Positions 1-9,198 of a stretch of DNA of 64,000 nt are shown here, piece after piece. A model generated the notes under the pieces. The model made no database searches. It was not told where the DNA came from and saw only the letters and a list, made by a program, of their open reading frames with translations. Origin of the DNA: Alphaproteobacteria bacterium. GTDB lineage: Bacteria; Pseudomonadota; Alphaproteobacteria; Rhizobiales; BM303. Made by a program: the position numbers and the translations under genes. Every line of letters begins with the position of its first letter. Within the stretch, counting starts at the first letter, position 1. Location of the stretch: assembly GCA_024275895.1 (NCBI GenBank), contig JAJRYE010000046.1, positions 25,411 through 89,410 of the forward strand. The letters are read 5' to 3'.

Positions 1-1122
1 CTGCTGGACCGGGCTGTGCGGCAACTGGAGAAACAGCTTGATGGCCAGATTTTACCTGATGGCGGCCATATCAACCGTCATCCGGCTATCGGCATGGAAC
101 TGCTGCTGGATCTGCTGCCGCTGCGGCAGACATTTACGGGCCGCGACATGACCCCGCCGCAGCTCCTGCTCGGCGCCATCGACAAGATGATGCCCATGGT
201 GCGGTTTTTTCGCCACGGCAACGGTAATTTTGCCCTCTTCAACGGCATGGGCTATACAAATCCGGGCAACACCGCCGCCGTTCTGGCGCTTGATGATACG
301 CAGGGAAAGCCCATTCTCAACGCCCAGCATTCCGGCTATCAACGCATAGAAGCGGGCAAAACCCTGCTGCTGATGGACGCCGGCGCCCCGCCGCCCGCCG
401 GCGTTTCACAAAATGCTCACGCCGGTTGTCTCTCGTTTGAGTTGTCCTCGGCGCAACACCAGATTGTCACCAATTGCGGCGCGCCCTTTGCGCTTGGCGC
501 CCGCTGGCGCGAGGCTTCGCGTTCCACCGCCGCCCACTCGACCTGCACGATTGAAGGCAAATCCTCATGTGAGTTTCTTTCCGGCAGACTGGCGAAACTG
601 ACCGGCCAGATTATAACCGCAGGCCCGGCCAATATACGCGTCAACCGCGACGAGGCCGGATCGGAAACCGTTATCGAGGCCTCCCATGACGGCTATCTCA
701 AAGCCTTTGGCACCGTCCATGTGCGCCGCCTAAAACTCAGCGCCGCCGGCGGGCTGCTGAGCGGCGAGGACCGTCTCACCCATGCCTCAAGCCGCCATCC
801 CGTCAAGGCCACGCGCACGCTGAACGCGGTGCTGCGCTTTCATCTGCACCCCGGCGTTACCGCCTCGGTATCTGAAGACAAAAAAACAATATTGCTCATC
901 CTGCCCAATCAGGAAGGATGGCGTTTTAGTGCCCCCGGACACAGTCCCGGACTTGAAGAAAGCATCTTTCTGGCCTCAATAAAAGGACCCCGCCCGGCAA
1001 CCCAGATTATCCTTCCCGTCAAATGGTCAAACGAAATCGTCATCCGCTGGAGTTTCAGACGCACCAGCGCCGGCGCATCAAGTCTGATGCAGGTGCCACC
1101 ACGGCAAACCGGGGGGGAATAG
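1..1122 (+). CDS. Heparinase II/III-like family protein (5' truncated by window edge)
   Basis: Motifs QILPDGGH, FFRHGNG.FALFNG, HAGCLSFE, RSTAAHST, SHDGY, RFHLHP; frame is open back to position 1. Confidence 0.85.
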   Translation: MLDRAVRQLEKQLDGQILPDGGHINRHPAIGMELLLDLLPLRQTFTGRDMTPPQLLLGAIDKMMPMVRFFRHGNGNFALFNGMGYTNPGNTAAVLALDDTQGKPILNAQHSGYQRIEAGKTLLLMDAGAPPPAGVSQNAHAGCLSFELSSAQHQIVTNCGAPFALGARWREASRSTAAHSTCTIEGKSSCEFLSGRLAKLTGQIITAGPANIRVNRDEAGSETVIEASHDGYLKAFGTVHVRRLKLSAAGGLLSGEDRLTHASSRHPVKATRTLNAVLRFHLHPGVTASVSEDKKTILLILPNQEGWRFSAPGHSPGLEESIFLASIKGPRPATQIILPVKWSNEIVIRWSFRRTSAGASSLMQVPPRQTGGE

Positions 1123-1222
1123 TTTGTGAAATTCACGGCTTGTGAGATGATCTGACTTGCATTTTGGTCTCACTAAGCCACCTATAGGCGTAAGGGCGCA
1201 TTTATATCCGAGGAGGAATCCC

Positions 1223-2152
1223 ATGGAATCGGGAATTTTTGTTCTAGTTATTCTGGTCGTAGCCATCCTGCTGATCCTGATGGGTGTAAAGACCGTGTCG
1301 CAAGGTTACAATTACACAATTGAGCGTTTTGGCAAATATACCCGCACCTTGTCGCCGGGGTTGAACATTATCATTCCCTTCCTTGACAGGGTGGGATCGA
1401 AACTCAACATGATGGAGCGGGTCATGGAGGTACCGAGCCAGGAGGTGATCACGCGCGACAATGCCATGGTCACCGTGGACGGGGTGGCGTTTTTCCAGGT
1501 TCTGGATGCCGCAAAGGCAACCTATGAGGTCAATCAGCTTGATATCGCCCTGCTCAATCTGACCATGACTAATATCCGGACCGTGATGGGCTCCATGGAT
1601 CTGGACCAGTTGCTCTCCCAGCGCGACGAGATCAATGTGAAGCTTCTCAATGTCGTGGACGCCGCGGTTCATCCCTGGGGCGTGAAAATCACCCGGATTG
1701 AAATCAAGGATATTGCCCCGCCGCGCGATCTTGTGGACGCCATGGCGCGCCAGATGAAGGCCGAGCGCGAAAAGCGCGCCAATATTCTGGAAGCGGAAGG
1801 TTTCCGTCAGGCGGAAATTCTTAAAGCCGAGGGCGTAAAGCAGGCGAAAATTCTTGCCGCCGAGGCGCGCGAACGCGAGGCCCAGGCCGAAGCCAACGCC
1901 ACCCAGATGGTCTCCGAGGCCATTTCCAAGGGCAATGTGCAGGCGATCAACTATTTCGTCGCAGAAAAATATATGAACGTGCTCAGCGAACTGGCCGCCT
2001 CGTCCAACCAGAAAGTGCTGATGCTCCCCGTCGAGGCCTCATCGGTAATCGGCGCCATAGCCGGGATCGGCGATATCGCCAGAGAAGCCTTCGGCAAGGA
2101 TGACAAAGGCGGCGCGAAAAGCAAAAGGGGCGCCGTACCGACAACCCGGTAA
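1223..2152 (+). CDS. SPFH/band 7 (stomatin-like, QmcA-type) membrane protein
   Basis: N-terminal TM helix, ERFGKY, QEVITRDNA, WGVKITRIEIKDI, QMKAEREKRA; RBS AGGAGG before ATG 1223. Confidence 0.93.
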   Translation: MESGIFVLVILVVAILLILMGVKTVSQGYNYTIERFGKYTRTLSPGLNIIIPFLDRVGSKLNMMERVMEVPSQEVITRDNAMVTVDGVAFFQVLDAAKATYEVNQLDIALLNLTMTNIRTVMGSMDLDQLLSQRDEINVKLLNVVDAAVHPWGVKITRIEIKDIAPPRDLVDAMARQMKAEREKRANILEAEGFRQAEILKAEGVKQAKILAAEAREREAQAEANATQMVSEAISKGNVQAINYFVAEKYMNVLSELAASSNQKVLMLPVEASSVIGAIAGIGDIAREAFGKDDKGGAKSKRGAVPTTR

Positions 2153-2175
2153 GCGGGAAAATGATCTGAGGAGAC

Positions 2176-2640
2176 ATGCAAACCATGAATGAAGTGATTG
2201 ACTTTATGGGTCAATGGACCTGGTGGATTGTTGCCGCCGTCATGTTCCTTCTTGAGCTTGCGGTTACAGCTTTCTTTTTTCTCTGGCTTGGCGTTGCCGC
2301 CATTCTAACAGCGATCATCGACATGTTTGTCGATCTTGGCTGGCAGAGCGAATTGGCGATCTTTGCGGCGTTTTCGGTAATCTCACTTGTCGCATCGCGC
2401 TATATCGCCGCGCGCCGCCAGCCCGCATCGGACCGCCCCATGCTCAACCGGCGCGGCGAGGCCCTGATCGGACGCGAGTTTACGCTTGAAAAACCGATAA
2501 AGAATGGCCGCGGCTGGGTCCGCGTCGCCGACAGCATCTGGCAGGCCGAAGGCCCCGACCTTGACGCCGGCACCCGAATCCGGGTGGCAAAGGTCAGGGG
2601 CACCGTACTGATCGTCGAACGGGCCGGGCAAAATGCCTGA
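2176..2640 (+). CDS. NfeD-like (YbbJ) membrane protein, partner of the SPFH protein
   Basis: Hydrophobic N-half, LNRRGEALIG, G.VRVADS.W OB-fold C-terminus; directly follows the SPFH gene. Confidence 0.9.
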   Translation: MQTMNEVIDFMGQWTWWIVAAVMFLLELAVTAFFFLWLGVAAILTAIIDMFVDLGWQSELAIFAAFSVISLVASRYIAARRQPASDRPMLNRRGEALIGREFTLEKPIKNGRGWVRVADSIWQAEGPDLDAGTRIRVAKVRGTVLIVERAGQNA

Positions 2641-2669
2641 ACCTGAAAGACCACCCCGGAAAAGAGAGC

Positions 2670-3521
2670 TTAAAACTTGTAATCGGCAGGTAGCGGCGGT
2701 GCTTCCTTGAGGAGCAGTATCGAGACGCGCCGGTTCGCCGCCAGAAACGGATCATTGGGAAACAGCGGACCCGTGTCCGCTTTGCCGGTGACAGAGTGGA
2801 ACCGGTCCCGCGAAACACCGTTTTCACTTAAAATCCGCCGTACTTCATTGGCCCGGTCGGCGGAAAGATTCCACAAGGAATAACCGTTTCGCGAATACAC
2901 CCGCACCGCGTCGGTATGACCGGTAATCTTGATCTTGTTCGGCAGTTTTTGCAAGATTGGGGCGATTTTGGCGAGCAGGCGTTTGGTGCGGTTCATGGGC
3001 TGTTTTGAACCTGGCTTGAACATCGAGCGCCCGTCCTGATCGACAATCTGGATATTGAGCCCCTCAGGCGTTTCCTCGACAATGATATTACTGGAAATCT
3101 CGGCAATTTCCGGCATTTCCTGCCAGGCCTGACGCAGGGATTGCGCCGCTTGCGCAAACTGGCGCGGCTTTTCGACATCGGTGCGCTCGATATCATGGGT
3201 ATTGGCTTCAGGCCCCTGCTTGGAACGCTCATCATGCCGTTTCTCGGCAAAATCGGTATCGTTCTTGCGCACGATGGCGGAAACATTCTTGACGAAATCA
3301 CGCACCGGCGCACCGTTCATTTCAATATAGCCGGCCTTTTTGGCTTCCACCTTGACGCCAAAGGCATCGCGCATGGACCCGGCCACAATCTGCAGTTTTT
3401 GCTTGTCCTGAATTGAGAACGAAATAATCAGGACGAAGAAGACCACCAGCAGCGACATCAGATCGGCAAACAGAACGATCCAGTCCGGCGCACCTGCAAC
3501 AACTTTTTTAGCCTTGGCCAT
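2670..3521 (-). CDS. motB: Flagellar stator B subunit (MotB/PomB-like, OmpA-like peptidoglycan-binding domain)
   Basis: WIVLFADLMSLL TM with conserved Asp; ITGHTD, WNLSADRA, NRRV motifs. Confidence 0.88.
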   Translation of the reverse strand: MAKAKKVVAGAPDWIVLFADLMSLLVVFFVLIISFSIQDKQKLQIVAGSMRDAFGVKVEAKKAGYIEMNGAPVRDFVKNVSAIVRKNDTDFAEKRHDERSKQGPEANTHDIERTDVEKPRQFAQAAQSLRQAWQEMPEIAEISSNIIVEETPEGLNIQIVDQDGRSMFKPGSKQPMNRTKRLLAKIAPILQKLPNKIKITGHTDAVRVYSRNGYSLWNLSADRANEVRRILSENGVSRDRFHSVTGKADTGPLFPNDPFLAANRRVSILLLKEAPPLPADYKF

Positions 3522-3551
3522 ATCGCTTCCCTGCTCCCAGATTCAGGCTGT

Positions 3552-4319
3552 TCAGGCCGCTTCCGCCAGTTCGGCGCGTTGCTTCTCAGGCAGATAGGCC
3601 ACCAGCATTTCCTTGATCATATCCGGGCTCTTATTGGCCCTGATCTGCATGATGCCGTCGATGGCAAGGGTCAGATTGATCTCTTCGGTATTGGATTTCA
3701 TATCCAGCTTGTCGGCAATCGGCAGACAGATCATATTGGCAATGATGGCGCCGTAAAGCGTCGTCAGCAGCGCCACCGCCATGGAGGGCCCGATCGAGGA
3801 GGGATCATCCATGGTGCTGAGCATCTGCACCAGACCGATCAGGGTCCCGATCATGCCAAAGGCCGGAGCCGCATCCCCCATGGCCTTGAAAATCAGTTTG
3901 CCCTCTTCCAGACGCTCCTGCATCAGATCGCGTTCGCGCTCAAGCGATTCCAGAATAAAGCTCTCCTCATACCCGTCCGCGATATACTGGGTCCCCTTGG
4001 CGAGAAAATCATCCTCAATCTCGACATTTTCCAGCCCCAGAGGTCCGTTCTTACGGATAATGCCGGCCAGATTGGTGATCTCATCGATCATGCCGAGCGG
4101 GCTGGTTTTTTTCTGGGTAAAGGCCACTTTGGCGCCGGTCATGAGCGCCGTCAGGATGCCGCTGAGCGGAAAGCGCAACACCGTGGCCGCGATGGTGCCG
4201 CCAATCACAATCATGACCGAGGGCACATTGACAAAGGTGAGAAAATCACCCCCGATAAAAATTGCCCCGGCGACAACAATTGAACCCAATATAATACCGA
4301 TGATTGTGGCAAGATCCAT
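3552..4319 (-). CDS. motA: Flagellar stator A subunit (MotA/PomA-like)
   Basis: MDLATIIG start, APAFGMIGTLIGLVQML, GPSMAVALLTTLYG; directly upstream of motB. Confidence 0.9.
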   Translation of the reverse strand: MDLATIIGIILGSIVVAGAIFIGGDFLTFVNVPSVMIVIGGTIAATVLRFPLSGILTALMTGAKVAFTQKKTSPLGMIDEITNLAGIIRKNGPLGLENVEIEDDFLAKGTQYIADGYEESFILESLERERDLMQERLEEGKLIFKAMGDAAPAFGMIGTLIGLVQMLSTMDDPSSIGPSMAVALLTTLYGAIIANMICLPIADKLDMKSNTEEINLTLAIDGIMQIRANKSPDMIKEMLVAYLPEKQRAELAEAA

Positions 4320-4814
4320 GACTACCCCGAAGACGCCGCGCGCCCTTCCTGATTTTCTTTGTTTTTCCAGACCCGGCTGCCGGTCAGCTTTATGAAAATG
4401 CCCAAGATGGTCCGATTACAGGCAGGTCCGGTTTGTATCGGTTGAGATAATATGGAGCTTTTCCTAAATATTCACTAATTTTTATTTTCCTAATATTCTA
4501 TAAACACTTTGGCAGACAACAGGTAATGCGCTTGTGTAGTTTGGTTAATAAAATATATATAAAAATACTATCAGTATATCATGAAGATTAGTGGATTGTT
4601 TCGCCGGAATAAACGGTTTTTCCCGGATGTTTTTTTTGATATATGGAGCCGATGATCAACAAAAATTCATCACCGGAAGTGTTGACATTCGCTTCAGATT
4701 GAATTTGTTTCACTCTTGGGTGAAAAAAACAATGGGTAAACGAATCAGCAACAACTGCGTGCCAGATTACTCAGCGGATTTGAAACGCAAAAAGCGCGAT
4801 TCCAGGAGGAAAAA

Positions 4815-5459
4815 GTGAAACAATTCAGTGCAGTGCTGTTGGGCAGCGTATTTATTGTAACGGGCTTTGCAATTGCAGCCGAAGCCGAAGCGGCGCAGGC
4901 AAAGAAAAACTGGGCCACATGGGCTGTCGGCGCAAATGCCAACAAACTCAGGCAAAAACCCAAAAACTCCACCCGCGTCGGCTATTATTCCAATGGCCGG
5001 CTATTTGGCAAATGGGTCAAGACTTCGGATAAAAAACTGGTCAGGAACACGACCGGTAAAAAACCCGGCTCCATTATCATTGATACCAAGAAACGCCGCC
5101 TGACCTATACGCTGGCCGGCGGCAAAGCCCTTTCATACGGCATCGGCGTCGGCCGCCCGGGATTCCAGTGGGCCGGCTACCACAAGGTTTCGATGAAAAA
5201 GGAATGGCCCAGTTGGACGCCGCCGGCATCGATGCTCAAGCGCCAGCCCGATTTACCGCGCTTCATGCCCGGTGGCCCCAAAAACCCGCTTGGCGCAAGA
5301 GCCCTGTATCTGGGCAGCAGCATCTACCGCATTCACGGCACCAACAACCACGCATCGATCGGCAAGGCGGTATCCAGCGGCTGCATCCGGATGCATAACA
5401 ATGACGTGAAAGACCTCTACAAAAAAGTCAAGCTTGGTACGCCGGTTTACGTTTTTTAA
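4815..5459 (+). CDS. L,D-transpeptidase (ErfK/YbiS/YcfS/YnhG family), exported
   Basis: Signal peptide; YGIGVGR, WPSWTPP, NPLGARALY, IHGT...SSGCIRM catalytic motif; RBS AGGAGG before GTG. Confidence 0.93.
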   Translation: MKQFSAVLLGSVFIVTGFAIAAEAEAAQAKKNWATWAVGANANKLRQKPKNSTRVGYYSNGRLFGKWVKTSDKKLVRNTTGKKPGSIIIDTKKRRLTYTLAGGKALSYGIGVGRPGFQWAGYHKVSMKKEWPSWTPPASMLKRQPDLPRFMPGGPKNPLGARALYLGSSIYRIHGTNNHASIGKAVSSGCIRMHNNDVKDLYKKVKLGTPVYVF

Positions 5460-5482
5460 CCCCTGGAAGAACAAAAGGTTGC

Positions 5483-5520
5483 AAAAGCAGGTTCCGGGCG
5501 GCCGGAGCCTGCTTTTTATT
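5483..5520. terminator. Bidirectional intrinsic terminator between convergent genes
   Basis: AAAAGCAGGTTCCGG-GCGG-CCGGAGCCTGCTTTTT hairpin with A and T tails. Confidence 0.75.
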
Positions 5521-6394
5521 TGCCCTCCAGACAACCGGCCAGATTGCGGGCAAGCCGCCGCATCATTTCAAAATAGTGATCCGGTCCGGGTTTCAAGCCG
5601 CTCCCCAGCGGATCGAGAATGCCGCTCTTCAGTCCTGTTTCCCTGATGATGGCCCGCATTTGCGCCGGAACAAACCCCGGTTCGGTAAATATGCATTCAA
5701 TATTTTCCGTCGCAATTCTCCGCCGCAGTTTAACAATACGCCCGGCGCCGGGAAGGCGGTCCGGCACGGTTCGGAAAAACCCGGCGGAGTGAAGGCCGTA
5801 GCGGCGCTCAAAATACCAGTAGGCATCATGAAAGACCAGATACCGCCTGCCTGCAAGCGGCGCCAGCCGGGCCTTGAGTTCCTGATCAAGCGCCTTGAGA
5901 CGCCGGATCAGGATTCGGGCATTTTTCCGGTACAAACCGGAATGATCCGCATCAAGCCGCGTAAGGGATGAGCGAATGCGCCCGACCAGACAAATTGCGA
6001 TGACCGGATCCAGCCAGATATGAAGATCTTCGCCGCCGCCCGGCGGGATGCATCCCGCTGCGCCAAGGGCCGTACTGGAAACCCTTTCAGGCAATGCGCC
6101 AATAATTTTACCAAGAGCGCGTTCAAAATCCGCTCCGATCCAGAACACAAGATCAGCCCTTGACAACAGGCGAGCCTTGGACGGGGTCAGTTGATAACTG
6201 TGAGGTGAGACATTTTGTCGCATAATCAGATCCGGTTGACGCGTCCCTGTCATGACCGATGCAACCAGGGAGTGCAGCGGCGCAATGCTCACAGCCACGC
6301 GCAATTCCGCTGATACCGCTGCTGAAACCCAGAGGGAAAAAACAAGAAAGAAGTTGAAAAGCAGATAGTTACGATATGAGTTGTGCGATTCCAA
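5516..6394 (-). CDS. ZnuA-like metal ABC transporter substrate-binding protein
   Basis: SIAPLHSLV, SPHSYQL, DLHIWLDP, VFHDAY, LDPLG ligand motifs; start inferred at TTG 6394 after GGAG (ORF track extends to 6526). Confidence 0.85.
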   Translation of the reverse strand: MESHNSYRNYLLFNFFLVFSLWVSAAVSAELRVAVSIAPLHSLVASVMTGTRQPDLIMRQNVSPHSYQLTPSKARLLSRADLVFWIGADFERALGKIIGALPERVSSTALGAAGCIPPGGGEDLHIWLDPVIAICLVGRIRSSLTRLDADHSGLYRKNARILIRRLKALDQELKARLAPLAGRRYLVFHDAYWYFERRYGLHSAGFFRTVPDRLPGAGRIVKLRRRIATENIECIFTEPGFVPAQMRAIIRETGLKSGILDPLGSGLKPGPDHYFEMMRRLARNLAGCLEGK

Positions 6395-6541
6395 TGCTCC
6401 GCCGCCTTTCTTGTTCCTTGCCCGGCCAGGTACAATATTCGCCCGAATACATCCTTTGAATATGCGACTTAAAACCAAGCGAAAAATTTTCCCGAACCTG
6501 TTATACAAAGACTTGCAGATGAACATACGCGAACGGGCAAC

Positions 6542-6572
6542 TTGACATATTAAAATATGCGAATATGATAAT
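6542..6572 (+). promoter_or_regulatory. sigma70-like promoter overlapped by an ArsR (BigR/SqrR)-type inverted-repeat operator
   Basis: TTGACA(6542)-N16-TATGAT; inverted repeat CATATT-N10-AATATG (6546-6567), equal to ATTA-N8-GAAT versus the recalled SqrR consensus ATTC-N8-GAAT. Confidence 0.6.
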
Positions 6573-6574
6573 AT

Positions 6575-6788
6575 TTAATTATTCAAATAAGACCTCTAAG
6601 ATCTTAGTGATTCGCGTTTTCAAATTTGCTTGAGTCGTCTTGAAATCTCAGTTGCAAATTGAGTTTTTAGCGTAGCTGTCCATTGTTTTGGTTTATTCGA
6701 ATGCCTCCCGTGACCCTTGGCGCGTTTTACGTACCACAGGGGAACTAACTTAATCCCGCGATGCGTTTGCATTGCGGGATTTTTTTTT
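6575..6788 (+). ncRNA. Candidate ~210-nt small RNA
   Basis: Bounded by the promoter above and a + strand intrinsic terminator; no credible ORF; contains anti-SD-like CCTCCC. Confidence 0.5.
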
Positions 6789-7097
6789 GGGGATGGCGCA
6801 GAAAAGCCGGTGCAACTGCCGGATCAGCGCCAGAGCCTCATCGCTTGCGAGCCGGTAATATACCGATTTACCCTCACGCCGGGTTTCCACCATGCCGTCT
6901 TCGCGCAGCCGGGCCAGTTGCTGCGAGAGCGCCGGCTGGCGCATATTGAGGCTTTTTTCCAATTCACTGACATTGAGCTCGTTTTCCGCCAGCAGACACA
7001 GCACAACCAGCCGGTGCGGATTGGCTATTGCTTTCAAAAAGGCACTGGCTTCCTCGGCGCTGGCCAGCAAATCCTGCAAGCTTGTTTGGTCATCCAT
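6750..7097 (-). CDS. ArsR/SmtB family repressor, BigR/SqrR/SoxR persulfide-sensing type
   Basis: LKAIANPHRLVVLCLL, LSQQLARLR, RREGKSVYYRL and C-terminal LFC; Cys pair typical of BigR/SqrR. Confidence 0.88.
   Translation of the reverse strand: MDDQTSLQDLLASAEEASAFLKAIANPHRLVVLCLLAENELNVSELEKSLNMRQPALSQQLARLREDGMVETRREGKSVYYRLASDEALALIRQLHRLFCAIPKKKSRNANASRD
6752..6788 (+). terminator. Intrinsic terminator oriented on the + strand, overlapping the 3' end of the ArsR gene
   Basis: AATCCCGCGATGC-GTTT-GCATTGCGGGATT 13-bp stem followed by a T-run ending at 6788. Confidence 0.8.
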
Positions 7098-7472
7098 GAG
7101 CAGACAATTCTCTTTTACACCCCCTGCACCCGACGCTCACTCTCATTTGCGCCTGACACTCTCACCAGTTTGCCATCGCTTCGCCCGCGTCCAGACCCGC
7201 GGTATGAAGCGCATAGCGACCCGGCCGGCAAACCAACCGGCCCGGCAAGGCCCAATAGAACATGGACCTTCCGCTCATAGCAAGAGGCTTTGTGGCAAAG
7301 CGGCCGGCACCGCACCCCGTAAAGCGCGTTTGCAAGCTGCATCCTTGAGATGATCTGGTTTTGTCCCTATTATCCCCGGACACAGGAGAGCTTGAAAAAG
7401 CCGGTTGAATTTGCCGGGGGTTTTGTTTCAACCCCTTTTTACGATGAACGATAACGAAGAAGGTGAGATTTG

Positions 7473-8387
7473 ATGACAGCTCGCACGACACCGGGACCAA
7501 GCCGATGGATCAGGATATTGCCCGCTTTTTTCGTCCTGATGTTTTTCTCCGCAGCACAGCTCGCAGCCGCAGATCAGGACATCAAAATCCAGTATAACGG
7601 CCTTACCCTGAATGCAAATCTGGCCAATGCCGGCGGGAAACTTGAGGGGCAATCAGTGGTTTTGATCGTTCACGGCACCCTGGCCCATAACGGCATGGAG
7701 ATCATTTCCGGTCTGCAAAAGGCCCTTCTTGAGCGCGATATCACCAGCCTGGCGATAAATCTGAGCCTTGGCCGGAACGATCGCAGGGGCATGTATGACT
7801 GCAAATCCATGCATAGCCATCTTCATGAAGACGCCCTTGATGAAATCGGCCAATGGCTGGACTGGCTGCAAAAACAAAAAGTGAAATCGGTGGCGGTTCT
7901 TGGCCATTCGCGCGGTGGCAATCAGGTGGCCTGGTTCGCCGCCGAGCGCATGCGTCCGGAAATCTCCAGAATTATCCTGATGGCGCCCATGACCTGGGAT
8001 GCGCAATATGCCGCCAAATCCTATCAGAAAAATTATAGCGTCAAGCTTGCGCCCCTGCTGGCGAAGGCCGGAACCCTGGGCGATGAGACCATGAAATCGG
8101 TCGATTTCATCTACTGCCCCAAAACGGATGTCAAGGCCGCAAGCTTCGTCTCCTATTACCGTGATGACCCACGCAAGGACACGCCCTATCTGCTGCCGAA
8201 AATCAAACGCCCCGTGCTGGTGCTGGTGGCGGAAAATGACAAGGTCGTGAAAAATCTTGCCCCGAAGATCGAGCCCCTCACGGCAGACAGCCAGGTCAAA
8301 ATGGTGGAAATCCCCGAGGCTGGCCATATGTTTCTCGATTTTGCTCTTGATGACGCCGCCGATTCCATCGCCGAATTTCTCGAATAG
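7473..8387 (+). CDS. Exported alpha/beta-fold hydrolase
   Basis: Signal peptide; VHGT oxyanion region, GHSRG nucleophile elbow, AEND and GHMF triad candidates. Confidence 0.85.
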   Translation: MTARTTPGPSRWIRILPAFFVLMFFSAAQLAAADQDIKIQYNGLTLNANLANAGGKLEGQSVVLIVHGTLAHNGMEIISGLQKALLERDITSLAINLSLGRNDRRGMYDCKSMHSHLHEDALDEIGQWLDWLQKQKVKSVAVLGHSRGGNQVAWFAAERMRPEISRIILMAPMTWDAQYAAKSYQKNYSVKLAPLLAKAGTLGDETMKSVDFIYCPKTDVKAASFVSYYRDDPRKDTPYLLPKIKRPVLVLVAENDKVVKNLAPKIEPLTADSQVKMVEIPEAGHMFLDFALDDAADSIAEFLE

Positions 8388-8414
8388 GCATTATTTTCAG
8401 GAGGACCGGGCGCC

Positions 8415-9107
8415 ATGCCGCAAGATAAACTCGACAATATCAGGGCCTGTGTTTTCGACGCCTATGGCACCTTGTTCGATATTCACGCCCCGGTGGAGAG
8501 CAACGCCGCAAGCCTGGGAGAGCAGGCCGCGCCAATCTCCAGTTTGTGGCGGCATAAACAATTGCAATACACCTGGCTGCGGACATTAATGGGCAAGCAC
8601 GCCGATTTCCGGCAAATCACCCGCGATGCGCTTGATTACGCCTTTGCCGCCAATGGCATTGAGGATGATGCGCTTAAAGAAAAGCTGCTGCAATCCTACA
8701 TGACCATCAATGCCTATGCAGATGCCGCAAGCGCTCTGGCGGCAATTCGTAATAGCGGCCGCGCCACCGCCATCTTGTCCAACGGAACGCCGGAAATGCT
8801 GCGCGCTGCGTGCAATTCCGCCGATCTGACAAACCTTGTGGATGAGTTGATCTCGATTGAAGATATCGCCATCTACAAGCCCTCCCCGGCAGTATATCAG
8901 CTTGCGCCGGACAGGCTCGGTATGGCGCGCGAGGAAATCTGTTTTGTCTCCGCCAATGCCTGGGATGTCAGCGGCGCGGCAAGCTTTGGTTTCCAATGCG
9001 TCTGGATCAACCGTTTTGACATGGCGTCCGAACGCCTGCCTGGCTGCCCCCGGGCGCGCATCAAATCCCTCGCCGAGCTTCCCTCTCTTCTGACCGGGGC
9101 CACTTAA
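8415..9107 (+). CDS. Haloacid dehalogenase type II (L-2-haloacid dehalogenase-like)
   Basis: FDAYGTLFD, WRHKQLQYTW, ILSNG, YKPSP.VY, FVSANAWD. Confidence 0.92.
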   Translation: MPQDKLDNIRACVFDAYGTLFDIHAPVESNAASLGEQAAPISSLWRHKQLQYTWLRTLMGKHADFRQITRDALDYAFAANGIEDDALKEKLLQSYMTINAYADAASALAAIRNSGRATAILSNGTPEMLRAACNSADLTNLVDELISIEDIAIYKPSPAVYQLAPDRLGMAREEICFVSANAWDVSGAASFGFQCVWINRFDMASERLPGCPRARIKSLAELPSLLTGAT

Positions 9108-9198
9108 AGTCTTCCACGGCAAATCACCCCTCCGTGGCAGGGTAAGCTGGCAAAGCCAGCGCCGGCCCGAGAACGGACGCGAGCCGGAGGGCGAGCGG

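Noticed and set aside
2670-4319. Zorya (ZorAB) defence system
   Set aside because: The A subunit lacks the long ZorA tail, there are no zorC/D/E neighbours, and the motifs are those of flagellar stators.
6717-7353. + strand ORFs of 187 and 153 aa overlapping the ArsR gene
   Set aside because: They are antisense to a clear gene and have no motifs; the 187-aa ORF is also crossed by the + strand terminator at 6752-6788.
7380-7470. Glycine riboswitch-like GGAGAG start upstream of the hydrolase
   Set aside because: The conserved CCGAAG and CTCTCAGG elements are not present.
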